This document shows positions 1-12,188 of a stretch of DNA of 64,000 nt, piece after piece. The notes under the pieces were generated by a model. That model was not told the DNA's origin, made no database searches, and saw only the letters and a program-made list of their open reading frames with translations. This stretch comes from Camelus dromedarius (taxonomy: Eukaryota), in NCBI RefSeq assembly GCF_036321535.1, contig NC_087437.1, positions 86,368,001 through 86,432,000 of the forward strand, written 5' to 3'. Within the stretch, counting starts at the first letter, position 1. Every line of letters starts with the position of its first letter. The translations under genes and the position numbers were made by a program.

Positions 1-2100
1 ATTATTACTATTCATACAGAAAAAGCAGTTGATAAAATTCAACACTCAATTATGATAAAAACTTTTGGCAAACTTTAAGAGGACATTCTGAACATGGTAA
101 AGTATGTATAGAATAACCATACAATTTTTCTTCTAAATTTTGATACTTTGTCTATGACCAGTACTCCACTAGATAATTGACAAGTGAAACAGAATAAAAT
201 AAAACTTTTCTGGGCAAATAGACATGTATGGTCACTCTAACAATATACACACAAAAGAAAGAGAGAGAGAGAAGGAGGAAGGAAGGAAGGAAGGAAGAAG
301 AAAAAAGAAAGGAAGAAAAAAAGAAGAAAACCTACAGTAAACATTATACTTCATGGATAAACTTTATAGTCTCTTTATGATTGAGAACAAGAAAAGGCAC
401 ACTAGAGGTTACAGCCAATGCAATGGGGAAAGAAAAATAAGTAAGATTTGTATAGATCATGGTACAAAATATATGACCATCATTATTTGTAAATAAAATG
501 ACGATATACCTAGAAAAAATAGAATCCATAGACAAAATATTAGAACACATAAGAGATTTTAGATAATTCTAAGACTACCCTATATAAATTGGTAGTGGAT
601 TTTTACATAAACAAGTTTCAGTAGGGAATGAAAAGATGATACTATTCACAATGGTAGCAAGTCCCATAAAATATCTGGAAATATCTCAAGAATGCATAAT
701 ACCTCTATAGAGAAAACTTGAAAACTCAAATTAAGGATATAAAAAATGAACTGAATCATAGACAGACATTTCATGGCCTTGAATTGAACTGAATTGAATA
801 CGAAAGAAGATCATTTCTCCTCAAATTAATCTATATATTCAGAGCAATGCCATTAAAAATTCTAACTGATTTTTTTTTTTAGGAATTCAGTAAGTTCAAG
901 TTTATATTTAAATCAGGTTATAAAAGTCCACAAATGCCTAAATAAACCTTAAAAAAGCAAAAGGAGGAAACACCTCATAAAATATGAATTATACAAAGCC
1001 ATAGAAAGAAAACCATGTAATATTGTCAGAAAAATATGTAGACTAATAAATTTAATGGGGTTCAGAAACAGACCCATGTATATATGGCAACCTAATATTT
1101 GATAAAGATGACACCACAAATCACTGTGAATTGTTTAGAAGATGGTGTCGGGAAGACTGGCCAACTGTAATCAGAAAAATAAATCTGGGCTTCTAACTAC
1201 CACCAAATATAAAGTGAATTCTAGGTGGAATAAAGACAAAAATGTTAAAGTAAAACTATGAAATTAAAGGAAAAAACATGGGAGAATATCTTTGTGATCA
1301 GTGGCATGGGAAAAAACTTCAAATGCAACAAGCCATAAGGTAAAATTATTGGTAAATTTAACTACAGCAAAATTAAGAATTTCCTTTAAAAGACAGACAT
1401 AAAAGATACGTTTAAGAAACAAGTAAAAGAACGAGAGATGATATTTGTAAGGTTTACACGTGTGTAAATCCACATGAACAATAAATAAGTGCCAATAGAA
1501 AAATGGTTAAAAAATAATAAAATTTTCAGAGGAAGAAACCCCCTAGTTTTTTAAATGACATGAAGATATGCTCCATCTCACTAGAAATCAAAAAACAATA
1601 TATTACTTTATTGCCAATTATGGCAACAGTTAAGAAGTCAAGATATAGACATTCTTATGCTCTGCTGGTGGGAATGTGCCTCTGGAGAGCTGGTAAGTTC
1701 ATGCCTTTCTAATGATGCCACAATTCTGGAAACCACTGGGTTTCCAAAGAAATTCTTATGCATGTCCTAACAAGACATGCAAGAAGATATTTTTTGCAGC
1801 CCCACTTGCAGAGGTCGGAAGTTAGAGGCAATATGAGTGTCTATCATGTGTAGGGAGGATTATAAAACCAGTGGTTGCATGCCATGAGTAGTGTTTAACA
1901 CTTAGAAACAATAAATTATGTGAGCAGAATGGATGAATTATAAATACAATCATAAAAAGTGCTGAGTAAAGAAACATTAGAGAGTGTGACATAATACGAA
2001 GCTGTTTACAGAAACGAAAATTCATGGACACAAAATTATAAATATGTATTTTATGAGAACATACAAGTGGAAAAAAAAATCTTAACCAGTTAGAATGGTT
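1..2100 (+). mobile_element. Old degenerate LINE-1 (L1M-type) ORF2/3' fragment in intron 3
   Basis: A-rich; gataaaattcaacac..atgataaaaact resembles ORF2 'DKIQHxxMIKT'; tggtgtcgggaagactgg resembles 'WCWENW'; no intact ORF. Confidence 0.75.
253..330 (+). repeat. (GA)n/(GGAA)n purine microsatellite
   Basis: gagagagaga..ggaaggaaggaagg. Confidence 0.85.
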
Positions 2101-3199
2101 GCCTAAGGGGTGAATGGGAATGGAAATGGAGATTAAAAGTAATATATATTTTTAAGAGCAGCAGGTGATGGACTTTTCAAAGACCAATAATAATAATGTA
2201 CCACCAAAGGAGGAGTATGACTAACTCAGCCTTCCATTCAAGAGGTCAGAACAAGCAAACTTTCAGACTTTTATGTGATGGCTCTTTTGTGACTTATAGA
2301 CAGAGAGGATCTAAAATGGTTTCTTGAAGGAAAGGAAAATTCACTCAACTGACCGCACTGTAATCCCAATGCAACCTTTGTTGTTTATGTGGCACTATTT
2401 TTGAACTATTTTTTAGAGTTGACGAATCGAGGCAGATAGGACAGTGGTCCCTACAGCATGTGATAAATCAGATAGTCGGGTCATTAATATGGCTAATGGG
2501 AAAAATAGTAAATAAAGGGTGTGTATAGGAACAGTCATAGTCTAGAATCAAGATTTCTTTCTAGGATGTTCTGCCTGGCCCAGTGGATCCTCTCCTGAAA
2601 GTGCCTTTTCCTTGGCTTTCCTCCCTGATGGCCCCAATTTCTATTTCTAATTCCATTTCTTAGGAGAGCTTCTGCTTCAGGCCACAACGGGAACAGTCTC
2701 TCTCCAGCTCTCCCCTTCCTGCTTATTCTCTCCAGCTTCATCCATTCCTGATGTGCATCAAGAAAGAGAAGTGGAAAGGCCATGCTGCTGGCTCTCCACA
2801 CTGTAATGCTAAATGCAGGTTTCCAAAAAAACATTATCACATATATTAGTATAGACCAGGCCATACTGTGCTTTAAAGGTTGAACCTACTTTGTAGTCTG
2901 GCCTGGGGTTCTAATTACCACAGGGAGCATTTCACCTGGATCTCCAGCTTAAGGGCTTTTAAAATTTGGCCGTCAGATTTGTCCAGAGGTACAAAGTGAG
3001 GTTTTCTTACAAATGAGGATTCTAATGAAATGTTCACACTAGAGTAAGCTAATTCTGGGAGTGGGTGATTCAGGAAGAGGGACAAAAGAATTCAGGGAAA
3101 GAATACTCAAGACCTAAGGCTGCTTAGGTTTCTCTGGGCTCCAGAAAGACTGCCGTGATAGAAAGTATTGTTTCTATGGGAAATTATTCTAACTCACCA

Positions 3200-3645
3200 T
3201 GTTAGACTAAATAACCTTCCCCAAAGATCATGCTCTAATCTTCAGAACCTCTGCATGTTAACTTCAATGTTATTTTTGAAGATTAATTTAAGGGTTTTGA
3301 GATGAGAACACTATCTTAGATTATCTGGGTGGGCCCATCAGATCCTTAAATGCCCTTATAAAAGAGAGGCAGGAGATCAGAGTCCGTAGTAGTTTAAATG
3401 ACAATGAAGCAAGAGTTGGGAGTGATGCGAGGATAGGGCCCTGAGCCAAGGAATGCAGTAGCTGGCCTCAAGCAGCCGAAAAAGTCAAGGAAATAATTCT
3501 CCCACGAAGTCTCTAGAAGGAATGCAGTCCTGCCAGCACCTTAATTTTAGACTTTTGATCCCTATACCTGTAAGAGAATAAATCTACGTTGTTTTAAACC
3601 ACTAAGATTGGGGCAATTTGTCGCAGCAGCAATAGGAAACTAATG
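3200..3645 (+). mobile_element. MaLR solo LTR (MLT1C/D-like)
   Basis: ttttgagatgagaacactatcttagattatctgggtgggccc; agccaaggaatgcag; aataaa..gttttaaaccactaag..gcagcaataggaaactaat. Confidence 0.8.
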
Positions 3646-3792
3646 ACCACACTAACTTCAAAGGAGCCTTTGAACCCATCTGTGATAAACTGCATTTTCC
3701 AAAAATGGCTGCCTCTTTGGATAATTTGTGCCATGATTTCAGATCAATAAGTACGTCTACTCTAAGAAGACTATATTTGTTTGTATTTACAG

Positions 3793-3879
3793 GTTGCCTT
3801 GGCTCTTTTCGTGCTGGATTATTCACTGCTGTACCTCTCTCAACTAATGCCTACCCTGACCTAAGGAGCTGTGTCAATG
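3793..3879 (+). CDS. PROS1: PROS1 exon 4 (thrombin-sensitive region)
   Basis: ttacag|GT TGC...AAT G|gtaaac; 87 bp; [28 protein letters not shown]. Confidence 0.96.
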
Positions 3880-6800
3880 GTAAACACCTCTACCATCAAC
3901 TTAAACAACAAAACAAAACAAAAATCTGCAAGTAAAGTACACCCATGTAGATAGAACTAATGTTTAAAAATCAAGGAATGAGCCCTTGAAGGGCTACAGG
4001 CCCCTCAAGGAGGTGCTTTTTTTTTTTTTTTTAAATGAATCTGCCACCTAACATTTAAGTTGAACAGTGTTCCTTGTTTGCTGAACTTTTAGGTCACTGG
4101 CTTCAGAATTTTATTCCCAACAGCTTTATTTTGGCTGTTGTCGCTTGATCATGTAGTTATGGCCAAATGTTCCAGTTGACGAACAGGTGAAAGTGGAGCC
4201 ACATTTATTCTGACTTTTGGCATCAATGATATAAATGTGGAAAACACTGTGATGTCAAATTAGCCTTTTCCCTCTGAAGTTCACATAAGGGCTAGTGCTA
4301 ATTCTGGTAGGTTGTTTGTCTCTAGTTTATCAATTTCCCGACTGAGAATCAGAGAAAAAAAAGTGAAATTGCAAGTTGTAAACTGAGATGTTTGTCCAGT
4401 GAGTATTTTACATGCAGCATTGGCATAATTCATTTATCTGCATTTTCTATAATTTAAAGTTGAGTGTAACTACACAGGTGAAAGTTTGCCTGAATGTGTG
4501 TATTTAATCCATACTTAATTTTTTTAATTTACCTAAGGCCAGAAAAATAGTTTGATATTTTCCTGATTGGCCTGTTTTCTGTCATTTCAACTAATACTGA
4601 GTGTATTACTACTTTACAAAAAACTTAATTTTGTGAGGACATTTTTTGAAAAATTCAGTAATTAGGCTTCAGCTAGGTTTTAAAAAAATTCTTTTGCAAG
4701 TAATAGAAACTTCCTCTGGCTTACTTACGCAAAGAAGAATGTATTGGGAGGATGGAAAGAACTTGTAGAGTTGACCAGGCAGGTTAGACAGGTGTGAAAA
4801 TGCGCAGGAACCAGGGACCAGTGCGGTGTCTAGTGAGGGGAGAGAGACCACAAATAAGTCAAGAAACAAATGGGCGTATCATTTAAGACAGTGATAAAGC
4901 AATGTGACATTTTTTGAAGAAAATGTCCTTCCCCCAGGAATCACAGTATCCTGCTATCTGTTGCCCAATGTCTGAAAACCATATGAGCAGAGCTCTATTT
5001 ATTTGAGGCAGGAGAATAAATCCGGTCCCTGTTATTCTATGTTAGCCCAAATTGGAAGTCTCAAATTTTTCTATTAACACTGAGTAGTTTTATTTGTTCT
5101 GCTTAACTCATGGAATTGTTTTAATGATCAAAGTAGTATATATGAATGTCAAATTGCAGTTAAAAAATGCTATGTATTTGCAAATATAAAAGTAGTTCCC
5201 TTCTGGAAAATAATTATAAAGACTTGTCTGATGGATTCACTTTTTTTTTTTTTTTAAAGAAAAGGTATTATTTGAAGGAAGGAGTTTAATTTTTTTCCCC
5301 CATTGATTGTGAGCTTTGTGTGCAGGATTTCAATTAAGGGCATATAATTTTTTTTTTTTTAATTTTTAAGATTAAAAATTTTTTTTATTGAGGTATAGTC
5401 AGTTTACAATGTTGTGTCAAATTCTGGAGTATAGCACAATTCTTCAGTCATACGTGAATATACGTATATTCATTTTCATATTCTTTTCAATGTAAGGTAC
5501 TACAAGATATTGAATATATTTCCCTGTGCTATACAGTATAAACTTGTGTATCTATTTTATATATACCAGTTAGTATCTGCAAATCTCAAACTCCCAGTTT
5601 TTCCCTTCTCACCCCGCTCCCCCTGGGCATATAATTCTGTTCACCATGGCGTGTGGTAAAAATTAAATAGATGTGTATTTCCTTCAGCCATTCCAGATCA
5701 GTGTAATCCTCTGCCATGCAATGAAGATGGATATTTGATCTGCAAAGATGGCCAAGCTGCATTCACTTGCATTTGTAAATCAGGTTGGCAAGGAGAGAAG
5801 TGTGAATTTGGTACGTATGATACACCCAGGCTCATCTGGACTGGCCTCCTGAAAAGTTCTCTGGAAGCTTTATTACTTTAAAGATAATTTATTTCCCCCT
5901 TTTTAGATATAAATGAATGCAAAGATCCTTCAAACGTAAATGGAGGTTGCAGCCAGATTTGTGATAATACACTTGGAAGTTACTACTGTTCCTGCAAAAG
6001 TGGTTTTGTTATGCTTTCAAATAAAAAGGACTGCAAAGGTAAGAGTAAGAAGGTAGAATACAATGGTATTTACTGGGTGAGAGCAAAATTCAGTTAGAGA
6101 AATTTCCCCAGGAAATTCTTGGAAAACTCTTGGATTATAAGCGCTTATAATAAATAACACATTATTATTCACCTTGAAGCCTGTGATACTAAGAGACTGC
6201 TTTTTTGTTTATTGTTTATAGGGTCTTTATAGAGTATTTTATTGTTTTCCTATTATATAATTACTATTTATAGAGTATTTTGTTGTTTTCTTATTGTGTG
6301 TATGTGTGTGTACATGCACATGCATGCATTTTAATGAATAATTTCATTATATGGTGATAAAGTGAAGTTTCAGTGCAAGTCCTTGCATACTACAGTCTTT
6401 GCAAAGTCATTGTTTATCCTTCTTTCAGACACTATAACATTATTTCTTTTATTCCAATAAGATAAATAGCTTATAAAGAAATCCATCACAGTCCTTAACT
6501 TCTTCTGTTACATTTTATATTTCCTTGTCAGAAATACCTTTCTCATTTCCAATATCAACCCTTCATCTTGCAGCTCATTTCCTGTTGTGGTTTTATAAAA
6601 GATGAAGACCTGGTTTTCTTTCTCTTTATGCATTTTAGATCATATCACTGGTCATAACTTTTTTTTTTAATTTCAGATTTAAATAATTCCTGTCAGTTTA
6701 GCTTTTTAACAAGTCATTTTACTAGCATATTTCCTTTTTTTTTTTTTTTTAATACTTCTCTACTCCCCCACCCCCATTTTAACTTCTAAAGAATTACTAA

Positions 6801-9800
6801 ATCTTCAAATATAAGTGCTAGGCGTGTGAGTGACTAAAAATGAAATTTTCCAGCCTGGAGTTAAATTTTGCCTTTACAAATTAGGAGCAAGTTTTTCTTC
6901 TTTTCTTTCCTTCTTACTTCCTTTCCCCCTTTCTTTCCTTCCTTCCTCCCTCCTTCTCTCTCTCCCTTCCCCTCTTCTGTTTCTTTCTTTCTTCCCCTCC
7001 TCCCTATTCCTCCTCTTCTTGCAAAGAGGTAGAAAAATTTAGTAAGTTAGAATGTAAAGTTTTCTTGTTCATCTCTGTTTGTATCTTCTTTGGTAAATCC
7101 TTAAATTGAATTCAGATTCAAGGAATGGTTTGTGCCCCACTGCACTGCAGTGTTAAGCATAGTTTACTATAATATTATTTAAAGTGCAATTAAATGACTC
7201 TAAAGTGGACTGCATTAACTAACAATTTCTTCTAAACAATTATCCAATTTGTGATTATGTATCTTTCTTGCCTGCCTATCTGAAGGGCTGTTTGAGGTTA
7301 GGTGTTTAGAATATCAGTATCGTTAGAGTATCATAGAAAACCATCATCACGCAGGATACCATATGCTTTCCATTAGCAAATAGTACCCATTCATACTTCT
7401 ACATTTAAATACTTAATTAGTCTGTACTTCTAAAGAATTTGTGACTTATATTTTTAATTGAAAGATATTTAATCCTTATCCACTGACGTAATACACATTA
7501 ATAAAAAGTTCTCTTTTCGATAAGAGTGTCCCCGATGATCAGAACTTATGTTCTTGTGTGCTTCGTTTACATACATATCCTGGATAAACTAGAATACCTA
7601 AGTGCAGAACTATCAGAAGAATATGGATACAAATGTTACAATAGGGCCTTTCCTAGGATATGGATATACTTGGGATTAAGTTGCTAGCAAATGTCTAAAA
7701 ATGCGAGAATGCAGCTTCTCATCAGACATTAGATGTCAGTAGAGTCATAAAATTCATGTGCTATAACCTAATCTCATATGATTTAAATAATTCCTCATGA
7801 TATGCCTCAAAGCAAGTAAGTTTAGTCATATGTTTTTACTTTCTGTTAAAAACGTGAATTTTATAGCTCTTTTAAAAAATTAAGTGTTTTAATTTGAAGT
7901 AATTGCAGATTTACATGCAGTTGTAAAAAATAATAAAAAGAGATTCCATGTACCATTTACCCAATTCCCCCAACAGTAACATCCTCATGAAACTGTAGTA
8001 CATTCTAACATCCAGCATATTGACACTGATACAGTCAAGATACAGAGAAATTCTCTTACTGTAAGGGATTGATTCTTTTCTGAGGGGGGAGGCATGTTAT
8101 TGTAAATAGAGAAATATCTGAAAATTTGGCTTAGTCTATGGAAAAATTAAACTATCAACTTTTTAGAGTAGAGGTTTTTTTTTTCATTCTGAGCTTGTCT
8201 TTCTTCACAGAGTACAGATGAGAAAAATTCACTAATAATTACATCTCTGTTGAATTGTTGTGACTACTCTGTGTCACATATTTTGTTTTTCTCACAGGTA
8301 CTTATTCAGTAACTAGCTGCAATCAATACTTTGTCTCCTACTCTACAAATATAATATAGTAAAGACATCTGAAATTTCTGGAGTATTACTTTAGCACTAA
8401 AGTTATTCTGGATTAACAGCAGCTTTATAAATACTTTAAGACTTTACTCAATCCCATTTTAAATTCAAATCACTTTTGAATGCTTTAAGCAACACTAATA
8501 GTATGCAGATTTAACTATTGCTTATTTCCAAAGGAAAAATGTAAGACTGATGAGCCATCTCCTTTTTATTTTTTATATTTGTGATAATAACTGAGTAAAC
8601 ATGCTTTTAAGACCATATTTCAGAAACATCTATTTAGGAATGCATATTAAGACTATGGTGAGTTTCTTCTTCCCTTTATTTTCATACTGTAACCTGGTAG
8701 ATAAGAAAATAACTAAAGCCCTCTTTTTCTTTTACAAGACTATTAAAGGAAATGGCAAACACCAGTCGAATTCCCTATGCATTTGTATAAAGAAGCCATA
8801 TTTAGTGAACTAAAATATGATGATGGATTTAATATTTTCTAATACCCACGCCACTCTGTTGTCTCATTAACTACATTAAACTAGATCCAGGAAATACAAA
8901 TTAAGGGCTCTTTGCTAGCATCTTCTGCTATGGGAAAAATGTCTTGTAATATATTGGTTTCATTTACAGATATAGATGAATGCTCTGTGAAGCCAGGCAT
9001 TTGTGGCACCGCTGTGTGCAAGAACATCCCAGGAGGCTTTGAATGTGAATGTCCTGAAGGCTACAGATACGATCCCACATCAAAGTCGTGTCAAGGTAGA
9101 GTTCTGGTGGTATCATTGGTGGTGGAGAGAGAGGGTGGGTTTGCACCCTGACTTGATTTTAGAAGCATCGGTTCTGTTTGACATCAATAGTCAGGTCTTC
9201 TAAGGTGGTAAAATCCACGATATAATTTGATCAGTTGGGTAATGATTGGCTTCCTTCCAGAAAAGTATATTGTGGTCTTTAGGTTTAGAGTTGTGTGATT
9301 CGATTGGCCCTCTAAGCTGCGTATGAATTGGAGACCTCCCATGTATGATGAAAGCAATTTAAACACATTTTCACATCATTTAAGTAATAGTCAAAGATAA
9401 GAAGGACTTCAAGCTGGAAGGAAACACACACACACGCACACACACAAAAGACAAGTTTAAAAATCATGTGGTCATTACAAGTGTGGTTAGAAACCTTTGG
9501 TTTTACACCAAGCTTTTCAATGGTTTTCTGTACATATACCAGTGTGTCATTTATTGTAAAACAGGACATGACCTATTTCTGTTATAATTAAATGCATGTA
9601 AAGTAAAATCTCATCGTAACCAAATGATAACCAAGCTCTAAAACCTTGAGAAATGCTGATTAGTACTGTTAGTGCCTGCGGACTTGGGAGAGCCCCTTGG
9701 AGCTTATAATTACTTCATGTGTGTGCCTCAGGTAGCTGGGACGTGTTCAAGGAATTTTTTTTTTATCATGGACATATATACAAATTTTCTCACGTTCTCC

Positions 9801-12145
9801 TTTAAATTTTTAAAAATTTCAAAATGAACTTAATACCATGACTAAAACTAATCAAATCACTAGTAATTTTTCTGTTGTGGCAAAATATATATAAGATATG
9901 TGTCCTTTAGCCACTTTTAAGAGTACAATTCAGTGGCATTAATTACATTCACACAGTTATGCAAGCTGTTACCACTATCTGTTCCAAAATTTTTCCAAAC
10001 AAAACTCTGTAACCATTAAGCAATAAATTCCCCTTCCTCTGTTTCCCAACCCCTGATAACCTCCTTCTGTCTCTAGGAATTGGCCTAAGTCAATAATAAT
10101 CTTAGAATAGGTTTTTTCAACTATTTATACTCCTTTTGAGATTTTGGTGTCTTACAACCTCATGCCCTCACTGAAAAATATCCCCCACCCTCACACCCTT
10201 TTTGCTCTGTCACCGCTCCAGATGGAAGTAGGTGTAGAAGCCCTAAGCACTTGCAGATTTATTATTAACCGGCTTCGTCATCAGTATTGTAGTTGTATTC
10301 AATGGATGACAGACATTTTAAAAAAGATTTGAACATAACATATATATATAATATTTTATTACTTTAATTATACTACTCAATTTTAATGGTATTGAGGGCT
10401 CACTAATTTTGGGGTTCTATTCTAAGCCATTTTATGGGGAAACTTATGCTTTAATGTACTAATGAGTATAAATTTTCAGAGATCACAGGGTGTGTTCACT
10501 GAAAAGGTCAAGGATCTTATGTAGCTCTGAAGTATACTTTAGCTGAAGCTAAACTTTTCAAGAATGATATTCTTAAAATATGGAGTGTGGATAGAGACCA
10601 TATGGAAGATTTCACAATAAGTAATAGCACAGTGAGGTGATTTTTTTTTAATCAGTTAAGAAACAAAAATATGTCCTTAGATTTATTTCCAGCATTAATC
10701 ATTGCATTATGGAGAGTGAAATGTTCTTGATATGGTCATTTAATTCTTAGTTACATTAACCTTCAGTTAAAAGAGATCTTTTCTGATTCCTTTGCTGTCT
10801 TCCTATCCTCCACTCCCTGCCTTCTCCTCCTTTCCTCCCACCTTTCCCTTCCTTTCCTTTTCTTTTCTTCAAAGCAAAGAATTAAGAAGTAGTGTCAGTG
10901 GCATTTATCAGAAGTGACAGTTACCTTGAGACTCTTAGTCTTTTTTCCTTCAAAATCAGAAAGTTAGTATAATTGTTATATTTTTGTTAATTATTAATTA
11001 CTGAAAGTTATCCATCAAGTTTGTTGGTTCAGGTGTATAAATAAATAGAAATTACACTTGTAACTTATTTAAATTTCCTTGGCAAGTGTATAAATGTTAT
11101 TTGATGTCAAAGAAATTTCTTTTGTTGAGGATTTATTGTTGATTATCTCATACTAAAATCAGAATACTCCTTCTTCTATTGGCTTGAACATTAAGGAGAT
11201 ATTGAAATTTATGTTCTCTTTTACCCAAGATGTGGATGAATGCTCTGAGAACATGTGTACTCAACTTTGTGTCAATTACCCTGGAGGTTACTCTTGTTAT
11301 TGTGATGGGAAGAAAGGATTCAAACTTGCCCAAGATCAGAAGAGTTGTGAGGTAATGTTTTGCAATGCTAACCTTCCTGTCTCATTTTAAATATGAGCAA
11401 TGAGACAAATCAGGAAAATACAGATGTTCTATTATAATTGCTGTCATTCTAAGCAGGTTATGAGTCACAATCTGTTTACTAATTTTGGTCAGTAAGTGGT
11501 AAATATTGTGGGTAATTGGTGACTGAATTAAAAAAAAAAATGCTGCAGAGCCACAGTTCAGAGACTGCTCATTTGTATAGATAGCCTGGACATTTACAAA
11601 AGGCAAAGTGTATGTTTATTTAAGAAACTGAGAAAAGCTGAGGTTTATACTCTTCTTTGTGAGAAAACAATCTTTCACAGAAACTTTAGTGAAAACATTT
11701 GCCAGCATCTACTTTTCTTTATCCCACTGACAAGTTTGATCACGCCTTGGGTGTGTTAGTACTTATAAGAGTGCTCGTAAAATCTCAGGTGGAAACGACT
11801 TTGTCAGAGTAGGACTTAGTGGAGTTCAAGTATATCAAAATTCAGAGAGGTCAATTTTGTTAATATATGTCTCTCAAACTTGCTTTTAGTTACTCAGATT
11901 TAATTCATAATTGAGCCAGCAATTGAACGTTGAGGGTAGGCTCTATTAGTTTTTCTTCCATTGAAATAAATAGGTCAACACTGAAGTTTTTTTTTTTTTT
12001 TCCTCTAAAAAAGGATTACATGTAGTGATCACTAGTCCAATTCTTGAATCTCTTATAAATTTTAAAAGTGAAGGTGAAATTTTATATGATTATGAGGCAG
12101 ATAGTAAAAATACCCATAAACTAAATAATGATTTAATCGTGGGTT

Positions 12146-12188
<43 letters not shown>

